Shown here in pieces: positions 1-9,016 of a stretch of 64,000 bases of DNA. Each line of letters begins with the position of its first letter. Position 1 is the first letter of the stretch. Origin of the DNA: an uncultured Fidelibacterota bacterium (GTDB lineage: Bacteria > Fidelibacterota > Marinisomatia > Marinisomatales > UBA1611); the NCBI GenBank assembly GCA_913040915.1, contig CAJWHW010000004.1:3367-67366 (forward strand), in the 5' to 3' direction. Under the pieces are notes generated by a model. The model had not been told where the DNA came from and made no database searches. It worked only from the letters and a program-made list of their open reading frames with translations. Both the position numbers and the translations under genes were made by a program.

Positions 1-1
1 A

Positions 2-1147
2 TTATCCAGAAAGGGTAATAAAATGTCTGATGGATACCTTGTCCCAGGTTTACCAGATGGTATGGGCGCATTTGCAGTCAAAAATAAAACAGTGATCATA
101 AGAAATCACGAATTGACTAAGTGGACCCATTCGAGAGAAAGTGCTTTTTCTAATCCAAAAAAAGAAATTCAAGCTCTAGATAATAAACATTACGATGTAA
201 AATCATTTGGTGGAACGACTACCATGGTGTATGATAATGCATCCAATAAGGTTGTTAATGAATACTTGAGTCTTAGTGGCACTATAGCTAATTGCGGAGG
301 AGGAATTACACCATGGGGAACTTGGCTTTCTTGTGAAGAGCATATTGAAAAAAAACAGAATAACCAAACACCTCACGGATATGTTTTTGAGGTCTCCCCC
401 CTTGGCGATTCTCTTGAAATACCTCGTCCGCTTAAAAAGATGGGGCGATTTAATCATGAAGCAGTTGCGTTTGATAAGTTTAATCAGGCTTATTTAACAG
501 AAGATAGAAATGATGGCTTGATTTATAAATTCATTCCAGAAAGAATTAATTCTCTAAAAAAAGGTGAGTTATTTGCCTTAAGAATCGATGATAATACATT
601 CACTGATTTTAGAAATTGGTCAAAATCACTTGTAACAAAAAATAAACGTTTTAATATTGAATGGATCAAAATTGAAGAACATGACCCTATCGAGGATTCT
701 GTGCGATTCGAAGGGCACTATAAGGGCGCAACAAAATTTGCACGAGGGGAAGGAATTACTTCAGATGGGGTTTCAATCTATATTGCCTGTACAAATGGTG
801 GGCCAGTCAAAAAAGGGCAAATTTGGAAAATCACTCCAACCTCAAAAAATGAATCCACCATAGAATTATGGTATGAAGTAGATATAGAAAATAATATTAA
901 TATGCCAGATAATATCATGATTGCACCATGGGGTGATTTGATTGTCTGTGAAGACAATTCAGATATAAATAGACTTTGGGGAATAAATCCAAATGGCCAA
1001 TCATATCTTATTGCTGAGAATAATTATAACGGTGCTGAGTTTGCTGGTGTTTGTTTTTCACCCATTGATGGTAGTATGTTTGTCAATCTCCAACAAAATG
1101 GCTTAACAATATCAGTGACTGGGAATTGGAAAGAAGTTTTAATCTAG
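2..1147 (+). CDS. PhoX-like / DUF839 family phosphatase (5' partial, runs off window start)
   Basis: The frame is open from nt 2 with no in-frame stop before the first ATG at 23. The motif GTIANCGGGITPWGTWLSCEE and the later ...APWGDLIVCEDN... repeat are typical of DUF839/PhoX alkaline phosphatases. It lies at the edge of a phosphate gene cluster. Confidence 0.7.
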   Translation, partial: LSRKGNKMSDGYLVPGLPDGMGAFAVKNKTVIIRNHELTKWTHSRESAFSNPKKEIQALDNKHYDVKSFGGTTTMVYDNASNKVVNEYLSLSGTIANCGGGITPWGTWLSCEEHIEKKQNNQTPHGYVFEVSPLGDSLEIPRPLKKMGRFNHEAVAFDKFNQAYLTEDRNDGLIYKFIPERINSLKKGELFALRIDDNTFTDFRNWSKSLVTKNKRFNIEWIKIEEHDPIEDSVRFEGHYKGATKFARGEGITSDGVSIYIACTNGGPVKKGQIWKITPTSKNESTIELWYEVDIENNINMPDNIMIAPWGDLIVCEDNSDINRLWGINPNGQSYLIAENNYNGAEFAGVCFSPIDGSMFVNLQQNGLTISVTGNWKEVLI

Positions 1148-1182
1148 GTATAAGTATACTTAGATAATATATAGCAATAATT

Positions 1183-2019
1183 ATGATAATATATAATAGA
1201 ACAGAATATAAAACTCTTTCACCAAAGCAATATAAAAAAGAGAAAAAAAGACTACAGGTAGAATTATTAAAACTTCAGGAATGGGTAATAAAGAACAATA
1301 AAAGAATTGGTATTGTTTTTGAGGGTAGAGACGCTGCTGGTAAGGGGTCCACTATAAAACGCTTTATAGAAAACATGATGCCCAAGACTGTCAGCGTTAT
1401 AGAATTAGGAGTTCCAAATAAAAAACAAAGAAAGCGATGGTTTGACACCTGGAATAAAATGATGCCCCCCCCAGGAAATATATATTTTTTTGACAGAAGC
1501 TGGTATTCAAGAGCCATTATACAGCCTGTCATGGGGTATTGCAACGAGACGCAATATAAATACTTTATGAAAAATGTAAATAAATGGGAGAATCATCTAA
1601 TAAATAATGGGATAATACTGATCAAATTCTACTTATCTATATCAAAAGAGAACCAACAACTAAGGTTTCATTTAAGAGAAATTAACCCGTTAAAATATTG
1701 GAAACTTTCACCAAACGATTGGAAATCACATAAAAACTGGCAAGTTCTTACAAAGTTCAAAGAGTATATGTTTAAACACACATCAACAGAAATATCTCCA
1801 TGGGTTATAATAAACTCAGACAATAAAATGATTGCACGCTTGAATGCAATGAGATATGTCCTTGCACAAATAGATTATGAAGGAAAAGAAAGGATAAAAA
1901 TAAAAAAATGGAACAGAGAAGACCCGACTTATCAGATGACAGTTAACAATGTTCTATTTGAAGATCTCAATAAAGAACAATATGAGTTTTTATATCAAAT
2001 AAAAGCAAATGAACAATAA
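1183..2019 (+). CDS. ppk2: polyphosphate kinase 2 (single-domain PPK2)
   Basis: It has the PPK2 hallmark FEGRDAAGKGSTIKRF (Walker A-like) and DRSWYSRA (lid/Walker B region). Length is about 278 aa. Confidence 0.85.
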   Translation: MIIYNRTEYKTLSPKQYKKEKKRLQVELLKLQEWVIKNNKRIGIVFEGRDAAGKGSTIKRFIENMMPKTVSVIELGVPNKKQRKRWFDTWNKMMPPPGNIYFFDRSWYSRAIIQPVMGYCNETQYKYFMKNVNKWENHLINNGIILIKFYLSISKENQQLRFHLREINPLKYWKLSPNDWKSHKNWQVLTKFKEYMFKHTSTEISPWVIINSDNKMIARLNAMRYVLAQIDYEGKERIKIKKWNREDPTYQMTVNNVLFEDLNKEQYEFLYQIKANEQ

Positions 2020-2470
2020 AATTAATACAGCTGGCGGAATTGTAATAAAAAACAATGCAATTTTATTTATAAAAAAAAATGATGTTTGGGATTTGCCAAA
2101 AGGAAAAATTAAAAAAGGCGACAAAAAAAGATATACAGCTATTAATGAAATATCTGAAGAAACTGGTTTAAAAAAAGAATCATTAATAATAAAAAATAAA
2201 TTAATCCCGACATATTACCATAAGAGGATTAATGCACACCATTTTATAAAAAAAACATATTGGTATCTAGTGGAGTATAATGGAAGTTTATCTCAAAAAT
2301 TAATTCCAGACAAACACGAGGGAATTACACAATGTAAGTGGGTGAGCTATAAAGACTTAGAATATATTCTTAAAGATTGCCACATATGGATAGCATACTT
2401 AATAAAATATTTTAAGGGGACAATATATTATAGAGATTCTATTAATTCGACCACCTCATCTAATATCTAA
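2009..2470 (+). CDS. Nudix hydrolase
   Basis: It has a Nudix-box-like segment, PKGKIKKGDKKRYTAINEISEETGL (G-x5-[ED]-x7-..-E-x2-EE-x-G). Its start overlaps the ppk2 stop by 11 nt. Confidence 0.7.
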   Translation: MNNKINTAGGIVIKNNAILFIKKNDVWDLPKGKIKKGDKKRYTAINEISEETGLKKESLIIKNKLIPTYYHKRINAHHFIKKTYWYLVEYNGSLSQKLIPDKHEGITQCKWVSYKDLEYILKDCHIWIAYLIKYFKGTIYYRDSINSTTSSNI

Positions 2471-2734
2471 AATCTGCTTTTCATAAAAGGCACGAGGTTT
2501 ATTAGCTGTCTTATTATCATGAACTACAACATATCCATTTTTAAACCTTGCCATACCGCTGATTGTTAATTCTTGTTTTTTTAGTTAAGGTCAACTATTG
2601 ATTATCTGCATACAAAAAACAGTATATTGATGTAGAAGATAGAATGATTTTATTTTTCATCAGATTTCAAATAATTATTTTTCTTAAAAACCCAATCAGT
2701 TTATGATACTATATAAAGAATTATTTCACCAAAC

Positions 2735-2764
2735 CTAATATATTTCTAACAAACCATTTATAAT
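2735..2764 (+). promoter_or_regulatory. candidate Pho box (CTAAT-N6-CTAAC, 11-bp phased) plus TATAAT -10 upstream of phoB-like gene
   Basis: CTAAT lies at 2735-2739, CTAAC at 2746-2750 and TATAAT at 2759-2764. The same repeat architecture occurs upstream of pstS and of the Na/Pi cotransporter operon. Confidence 0.35.
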
Positions 2765-2778
2765 TTTATTTTAATACC

Positions 2779-3474
2779 ATGTCAAAAAAACATATTTTAA
2801 TTATTGAAGACGAAAAAGACATTGCTGAGCTTCTTGAATATAACCTTGGTGCTGGTGGATATTATACATATGTCGCTAATAATGGGGAAACCGGCCTCAA
2901 AGTGGCTAGAAAACAAAATCCGGACCTCATTCTTCTTGATCTAATGCTGCCTGGAATTCAGGGGTTAGATGTTTGTCGAATTATCAAGACTGATGAAGAC
3001 ACAAAAAATATCCCAATAGTAATGCTTACTGCACTTGGGCAAGAAGAAAATATTGTGAAGGGCTTGGAATCGGGAGCTGATGATTATATTACCAAACCGT
3101 TCAGTTTTAAAATATTGTTAGCAAGAATTAAATCCGTTCTCCGTAGGGGTAAACTAGAAGAGCAAGACCTAAATAAAGAAATAAAAATTTTTGATGTAAC
3201 AATTAAACCAAGAACAAGAGAAGTGATTATAAGCAATGCATTTATTGAACTAACTTTTACAGAATTTCAAATTTTACATTTATTATCATCACACCCTGGA
3301 TGGGTTTTTACAAGGTATCAAATTATTGATAAGATACGTGGAGATAATTACCCCGTAACAGACCGTTCCATAGATTTTCAAATAGTTGGGTTGAGAAAAA
3401 AAATGGGTGAATCTGGGTCTCTCATTCAGACCATTCGTGGTGTTGGGTATCGATTTAAACCTGGGGATTCCTAG
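2779..3474 (+). CDS. phoB: OmpR/PhoB-family response regulator
   Basis: It has a receiver domain (ILIIEDE..., LILLDLMLPG, phospho-acceptor Asp context) and a C-terminal winged helix (IQTIRGVGYRFK). It sits immediately upstream of a histidine kinase and pstSCAB-phoU. Confidence 0.85.
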   Translation: MSKKHILIIEDEKDIAELLEYNLGAGGYYTYVANNGETGLKVARKQNPDLILLDLMLPGIQGLDVCRIIKTDEDTKNIPIVMLTALGQEENIVKGLESGADDYITKPFSFKILLARIKSVLRRGKLEEQDLNKEIKIFDVTIKPRTREVIISNAFIELTFTEFQILHLLSSHPGWVFTRYQIIDKIRGDNYPVTDRSIDFQIVGLRKKMGESGSLIQTIRGVGYRFKPGDS

Positions 3475-3507
3475 GTTTTCTATTGGTTTAATTCCTTATA
3501 ATTCTTG

Positions 3508-4548
3508 ATGGCCAAACACCTAAAAAGAAATAAAACAGAAGAAGATACAAATTTTGTCTTATCAAACATGACAGAAGGTGTATTGGTCGTAGATAACCAA
3601 AAAACTATTCTGATGATAAATAAATCAGGACTCACATATCTTAATATTATGACAAAGAATCCAATTGGGCTCAAGATTGACAAAGCAATAAAGGATGAGA
3701 ACTTTCAATCCTACATTAATGAATTAATTGAATCCAATACCGCTCAAAAAAAGGAGATCAGAATTAAAAAGAACATGGATAGATTTTTTCTGGTTAACGG
3801 AACCATTCTCCAGGGTCCTCAATCAGGATATCTTGTAGTGTTAAGCGATATTACCAAATTGAAACAACTTGAAAAAATAAGACAGGACTTTGTTGCAAAT
3901 GTTAGTCATGAACTAAAAACTCCAATTACATCAATTGTAGGGTTTCTGGAAACTGTTCAACAAAAAGGATTTCCAAAAGACAAAAGAAAATCATTTCTAA
4001 AAAAAGCGCTCAAAAACTCTAATAGACTAAATTCGATCATTGATGACCTCCTTTGGTTATCAAAAATTGAATCCATGGAAGACAATGACAGTTTTGATCT
4101 GACCAATCAGAGCCTTAATGATATTATACATGGTGCGGTTAATGATTTTCAAACCCTCATGGGTAAAGAAGATTTTTTTGTTGAAATAAAATGCGATTCA
4201 TCTATTCATTTAAACGCAGATGAACAATTACTCCGAGAGGCGTTTATAAATCTCTTAGACAATGCAATTAAATACGGTGACCCAGATCAAGGAATTTCAA
4301 TTACAGTTGAAATGAAATCAAGTTTGATTATACAATTTCAAAATTATGGTGAACCGATTCCCGCGAAGTATAAAGACAGGATCTTCCATAGATTTTATCG
4401 CATTGACAAATCAAGAAGTCGTCGGCAGGGCGGTACGGGTCTTGGATTAGCAATTGTAAAACATATTATATTTGTACACGGGGGAGATATTTCCGTTCAG
4501 AGCAATTATGAAATAGGTACTGTATTTACAATAGATATTCCAATTTAG
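3508..4548 (+). CDS. phoR: PhoR-like sensor histidine kinase, apparently soluble (PAS-HisKA-HATPase, no TM segment)
   Basis: It has an H-box VSHELKTPITSIVGF, an N-box NLLDNAIKYG and a G-box GGTGLGLAIVKHI. The N-terminus goes straight into a PAS-like fold (NMTEGVLVVDNQKTILMINKSG). I chose ATG 3508 over TTG 3505. Confidence 0.8.
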   Translation: MAKHLKRNKTEEDTNFVLSNMTEGVLVVDNQKTILMINKSGLTYLNIMTKNPIGLKIDKAIKDENFQSYINELIESNTAQKKEIRIKKNMDRFFLVNGTILQGPQSGYLVVLSDITKLKQLEKIRQDFVANVSHELKTPITSIVGFLETVQQKGFPKDKRKSFLKKALKNSNRLNSIIDDLLWLSKIESMEDNDSFDLTNQSLNDIIHGAVNDFQTLMGKEDFFVEIKCDSSIHLNADEQLLREAFINLLDNAIKYGDPDQGISITVEMKSSLIIQFQNYGEPIPAKYKDRIFHRFYRIDKSRSRRQGGTGLGLAIVKHIIFVHGGDISVQSNYEIGTVFTIDIPI

Positions 4549-4685
4549 ATTAAACCATTAATTATGTTATTCAAGCCAAAATGAAATAGTTTTTTGTCTG
4601 TTTTTTGTAATAACCTAACAATATCAACCCCGTCCAACCCTTACCCCGCCCACTCAATTAATATGGTCTGAAGTAACATTAATAT

Positions 4686-4739
4686 CTATTGTTATTCTAA
4701 CTAAAGGCTAACGCTATTCTAATGCTCCAGTAGTAAAAT
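4686..4739 (+). promoter_or_regulatory. candidate Pho box array (CTATT/CTAAC/CTAAC/CTAAT at 11-bp spacing) plus TAAAAT -10-like element upstream of pstS
   Basis: Pentamers lie at 4686, 4697, 4708 and 4719, each spaced exactly 11 bp. TAAAAT lies at 4734-4739, about 75 nt upstream of the pstS ATG. Confidence 0.35.
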
Positions 4740-4814
4740 TTTTTGGCATTTGTGGATAATGTATTTCGTTTTTAAGAATTATCTAATCACAAAGATTAAC
4801 AAATAAGGAAAATA

Positions 4815-5810
4815 ATGAATAGCAAGATCATTATAATATTGACAACTATCGGTCTCACTTTAATAAGTTGTGCAAAAGAAAAAAAAACACTAACTGGACT
4901 TAGTGGAACTGTAATGGTAGATGGGTCAAGCACCGTTTTCCCAATTACCGAAGCGGTTGCTGAGGAGTTTGGGAAAGTACACCCTAGGGTGCGTGTTACG
5001 GTTGGTGTTTCAGGAACAGGTGGCGGATTTAAAAAATATACTATTGGTGAAATAGATATTAATGATGCGTCTAGACCAATAAAGGGAAAAGAAATAAAAA
5101 AAGCGATTGAAAATAATGTTGAATTTATTGAATTGCCCGTGGCTTTTGATGGCCTCTCCGTTGTTGTGAGTAAAGAAAACACCTGGGTTAACAATCTCAC
5201 AAAAGAAGAGCTTCATATGATTTGGAAACCAGATAGTAGAATTACAAAATGGTCTGATATACGCCCCAACTGGCCTCAAGAAAAAATTAAACTATACGGC
5301 CCCGGTACAGATTCTGGAACGTTCGATTATTTTACAGAAGCCATCAATGGGAAATCACAGGTTTGTCGTTCAGATTTTTCAAAAAGCGAAGATGATAATG
5401 TATTGGTCCAGGGCATTGCGGGGGATAAACACTCATTAGGCTTCTTTGGTTTTGCTTATTACAAAGAAAATAAAGATAAATTAAAAATTGTGCCTATAGA
5501 TGGCGGCAATGGCCCCATAGCACCATCAGAAGAATCTATTAACAATGGGACATATCAGCCTCTTTCACGACCTATTTTTATTTATGTAAACCCAGTATCT
5601 GGAGAACGACCAGAAGTAAGTGCTTTTGTTGAGTTTTACATGAAAGAAGCAAAGCACCTTGTAGGCGAAGTTGGCTATGTGGCGTTGCCAGATCAAGTCT
5701 ATACTATGGGCTTGGATCGTTTTAATAAAAAAATAACTGGCTCGACATTCAGTGGCAAGAATACAGTGGGTGTTAAGATAGAAAACCTTTGGTCATCAAA
5801 TTTAAGATAG
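4815..5810 (+). CDS. pstS: phosphate ABC transporter substrate-binding lipoprotein PstS
   Basis: It has a lipoprotein-type signal (LTLISC) and the motifs MVDGSSTVFPITEAVAEEF and VSGTGGGFKK typical of PstS. It is followed by pstCAB. Confidence 0.9.
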   Translation: MNSKIIIILTTIGLTLISCAKEKKTLTGLSGTVMVDGSSTVFPITEAVAEEFGKVHPRVRVTVGVSGTGGGFKKYTIGEIDINDASRPIKGKEIKKAIENNVEFIELPVAFDGLSVVVSKENTWVNNLTKEELHMIWKPDSRITKWSDIRPNWPQEKIKLYGPGTDSGTFDYFTEAINGKSQVCRSDFSKSEDDNVLVQGIAGDKHSLGFFGFAYYKENKDKLKIVPIDGGNGPIAPSEESINNGTYQPLSRPIFIYVNPVSGERPEVSAFVEFYMKEAKHLVGEVGYVALPDQVYTMGLDRFNKKITGSTFSGKNTVGVKIENLWSSNLR

Positions 5811-5822
5811 AGTAAGTGTTTC

Positions 5823-6710
5823 TTGAAAAAATCTAATCAAATAATTGAGAGAATTGTTTATTATATTTTGGCTCTTGCGGCATTTGGTTCTGTTATTACT
5901 ACAGCAGGGATTATTATTGTGTTGGCCACAGAGTCAGCTGAGTTTTTTAAAGAAGTCCCTCTCGTTGATTTTTTGTTCGGAACTCGTTGGGAGCCACTGC
6001 TAGAGCCAAAATCATTCGGTATTTTACCTCTAGTGGCGGGTACATTAACCATTGTGCTTGGTTCTGGTATTATTGCTTTACCTGTGGGCATTATGACAGC
6101 TATTTATTTAAGCGAATATGCATCTCCAAAATCGCGAAGTATTATCAAACCAATTCTTGAAATATTAGCTGGCATCCCTACAGTGGTTTATGGATACTTT
6201 GCACTGACTTTTATTACGCCAATAATTAGAATGTTTTTAGCAGAAACACAAATTTTTAATTCAGGGAGCGCATCAATTGTTGTGGGAATTATGATATTGC
6301 CTATGGTTGCATCCTTATGTGATGATGCTATTCGATCTGTACCAACCAGTTTGCGTCAAGGAGGTTTTGCATTAGGTGCTACAACGTTTGAAGTAATTAA
6401 AAGTGTTGTTGCACCAGGAGCATTTTCGGGTATTATGGCATCGTTTGTACTTGCTTTATCCAGGGCATTTGGTGAAACCATGGCGGTAACATTGGCTGCG
6501 GGAGCAACGCCGAATTTGACACTAAATCCTCTAGAAAGTATCCAAACTATGACGGCCTACATTGTACAAGTTAGCCTCGGTGATACACCAGCAGGCGGGA
6601 TTGAGTATCAAACAATCTTTGCTGTTGGTGCTTTACTTTTTTGTGTCACTTTGGCTATGAATATATTTGCGAATCATGTCATGAATAAATATCGTGAGAT
6701 ATACGAATGA
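5823..6710 (+). CDS. pstC: phosphate ABC transporter permease PstC
   Basis: It is a multi-TM permease with the motif LSRAFGETMAV. Gene order is pstS-C-A-B. The start is a TTG. Confidence 0.9.
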   Translation: MKKSNQIIERIVYYILALAAFGSVITTAGIIIVLATESAEFFKEVPLVDFLFGTRWEPLLEPKSFGILPLVAGTLTIVLGSGIIALPVGIMTAIYLSEYASPKSRSIIKPILEILAGIPTVVYGYFALTFITPIIRMFLAETQIFNSGSASIVVGIMILPMVASLCDDAIRSVPTSLRQGGFALGATTFEVIKSVVAPGAFSGIMASFVLALSRAFGETMAVTLAAGATPNLTLNPLESIQTMTAYIVQVSLGDTPAGGIEYQTIFAVGALLFCVTLAMNIFANHVMNKYREIYE

Positions 6711-7570
6711 TAAAGACCAACTTAGAAAAAAGAAAAAAGAATGAGAGACGGTTTAAATTAATGTGTTTGTCACTAACTTGGATGTCGCTGGTTATTCTAG
6801 TTGTTTTATTGCTGCATGTAAGCTTGGAGGGGTTTAGTCGCTTAAGTCTGGATTTTTTAACCAATTTTCCTTCAAGATTTGCTCATAAGGCAGGATTAAA
6901 ATCCGCACTTTGGGGAAGTATCTGGCTTATGGGGTTAGTCTTTTTAATTGCAGTCCCTATTGGTGTTGCATCAGCCATTTATCTTGAAGAGTATAATTCA
7001 AGAGGAAAGCTTTCAAGGTTTATTGAAATAAATATTTCTAATCTTGCTGGAGTTCCATCTGTGGTCTATGGTATACTGGGTTTGGCAATTTTTGTACGGT
7101 TTTTTGGGTTAGATAGAAGTCTATTGGCAGGAAGTATGACCATGTCATTATTGATATTACCAGTTATTATTATATCATCAAGAGAATCTTTGAGGGCTGT
7201 ACCACAGAGTATTCGCCATGGTGCCTTTGCGCTGGGCGCAACGAATTTACAAACAATTTGGCACCATGTATTACCACCGGCATTTCCTGGAATCATGACA
7301 GGTGTCATTTTGGCTATGAGTCGCGCTATTGGAGAAACGGCACCACTGATAATGATAGGCGCATTAACTTATATAGCATTTTTGCCAACATCACCGATGG
7401 ATCCATTTACGACTCTCCCTATTCAAATTTTCAATTGGTCATCTAGGCCACAAAGTGCATTCCAAGAAGTAGCTGCCGCTGGTATTATTGTTCTTTTAAC
7501 AGTTTTATTATTGATGAATACAACTGCTGTCATCATTCGGTATCGCGCTCAAAAGAAATATAAATGGTAA
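6707..7570 (+). CDS. pstA: phosphate ABC transporter permease PstA
   Basis: It is a multi-TM permease with the motif MSRAIGETAPL. Its start overlaps pstC by ATGA. Confidence 0.9.
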   Translation: MIKTNLEKRKKNERRFKLMCLSLTWMSLVILVVLLLHVSLEGFSRLSLDFLTNFPSRFAHKAGLKSALWGSIWLMGLVFLIAVPIGVASAIYLEEYNSRGKLSRFIEINISNLAGVPSVVYGILGLAIFVRFFGLDRSLLAGSMTMSLLILPVIIISSRESLRAVPQSIRHGAFALGATNLQTIWHHVLPPAFPGIMTGVILAMSRAIGETAPLIMIGALTYIAFLPTSPMDPFTTLPIQIFNWSSRPQSAFQEVAAAGIIVLLTVLLLMNTTAVIIRYRAQKKYKW

Positions 7571-7573
7571 ATT

Positions 7574-8326
7574 ATGAATCAATCTGTATTATCAACACAA
7601 AACCTTTCAATTTTTTATGGCGATACATGTGCGGTAAAAGATTGCACAGTCTCTTTTGAAAAAAATAAAGTAACCGCTATTATTGGGCCATCTGGATGTG
7701 GTAAAAGTACTTTACTTCGTACATTCAATAGAATGAATGATTTTATTGATTCTTTCAGGGCAGAAGGGCAAGCGACTTTTTTAGGAAATAATATTTACGA
7801 TGAAGATACAGATCCAGTGGATATTCGTCGCAGGATTGGCATGGTGTTCCAAAAGCCAAACCCATTTCCAAAATCTATATATGAAAATATTATTTGGGGC
7901 CCTAAGATTAATGGATTCGATGGCAATGATGATTCCTTAGTTGAATCCAGTCTTAAAGCGGCAGCGTTATGGGATGAAGTTAAAGATCGGCTAAATGATT
8001 CTGCTATGGTACTTTCTGGCGGTCAGCAACAACGTCTTTGTATCGCACGTGCCATCGCAATGAAACCCGAAGTCATTCTTATGGATGAACCAGCGTCTGC
8101 ACTCGATCCAAAATCAACTACTAGGATTGAAGACCTCATTGGAGAATTACGCGAGAATTATACAATAGTTATTGTAACACATAACATGCAACAAGCCGCA
8201 CGAGTCTCTGATTTTACTGTGTTTTTATATGAGGGAGAATTAATAGAGTATGGAGATACTAAACAAGTTTTTACAAAGCCTAGCCATCAACAAACTGAAG
8301 ACTATATAACGGGTCGATTTGGATAA
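7574..8326 (+). CDS. pstB: phosphate ABC transporter ATP-binding protein PstB
   Basis: It has Walker [10 protein letters not shown], the signature LSGGQQQRL and Walker [12 protein letters not shown]. Confidence 0.95.
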   Translation: MNQSVLSTQNLSIFYGDTCAVKDCTVSFEKNKVTAIIGPSGCGKSTLLRTFNRMNDFIDSFRAEGQATFLGNNIYDEDTDPVDIRRRIGMVFQKPNPFPKSIYENIIWGPKINGFDGNDDSLVESSLKAAALWDEVKDRLNDSAMVLSGGQQQRLCIARAIAMKPEVILMDEPASALDPKSTTRIEDLIGELRENYTIVIVTHNMQQAARVSDFTVFLYEGELIEYGDTKQVFTKPSHQQTEDYITGRFG

Positions 8327-8331
8327 AAAAT

Positions 8332-8991
8332 ATGTCAGAACAATTACAAAAAGAAATTCAAGATATAAATCAATTAATTCTAGAAGTTGGAACACGCGTT
8401 GAAGAAGCTGTAAGAAATTCTATGGATGCGCTTAAAAACATGGATTTTAAAAAAGCAAAAAAAATACAAAACGATGATGGTATTATTGATAGATTAGAAG
8501 TAGACGTAGAAGAATTGTGTTTAAAATGTTTTGCATTGCATCAGCCAGTTGCGATGGATTTGCGTTATATTTTTGCTGTATCTAAAATTAATAATGACTT
8601 AGAAAGAATAGGTGATTTAGCAACTAATATTGCTGGTACCGTAGAAAACTTAAAAGACCATCCATCAGTAGTGATTCCTAATCGGGTTTATGCCATGAGC
8701 GTAACTGTGGGTGAAATGCTTAAGATTAGTTTGGATGCTTTGGTAAATAAAAATGCTGTCATGGCACGAACTGTTTTAAACATGGATGATGATGTAGATA
8801 AAATTCATAACAGCATGTATGAATATGTACAGGAAAAATCTATTGATAATACAAAAGAAATGGGGCAATGGTTTTATGTTTTATCTATATCAAGATATCT
8901 TGAAAGAATTGCAGATCATACAACAAATATTTCTGAAGATGTTATTTACATGGTTGAAGGTGAGATTGCTCGCCATGGATATAAATCTTGA
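8332..8991 (+). CDS. phoU: phosphate signalling regulator PhoU
   Basis: It has two PhoU repeats (LERIGDLATNI and LERIADHTTNI). It sits directly downstream of pstB. Confidence 0.9.
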   Translation: MSEQLQKEIQDINQLILEVGTRVEEAVRNSMDALKNMDFKKAKKIQNDDGIIDRLEVDVEELCLKCFALHQPVAMDLRYIFAVSKINNDLERIGDLATNIAGTVENLKDHPSVVIPNRVYAMSVTVGEMLKISLDALVNKNAVMARTVLNMDDDVDKIHNSMYEYVQEKSIDNTKEMGQWFYVLSISRYLERIADHTTNISEDVIYMVEGEIARHGYKS

Positions 8992-9016
8992 ACAAAAAAT
9001 AAAAAGGAGTGATATA

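Noticed and set aside
2455-2590. A short minus-strand ORF (about 45 codons, ...ISGMARFKNGYVVVHDNKTANKPRAFYEKQILDIR) in the gap after the Nudix gene. It could be a gene remnant.
   Set aside because: It is too short, it is preceded immediately by a stop, and I recognise no family. It overlaps the Nudix 3' end. It cannot be supported without a database search.
8819-9016. A 66-codon N-terminal extension of the porin ORF, as given in the ORF track, overlapping the 3' end of phoU.
   Set aside because: The extension has no signal peptide and overlaps a confidently called gene. An internal ATG at 9017 has a good AAGGAG RBS and yields a canonical signal peptide.
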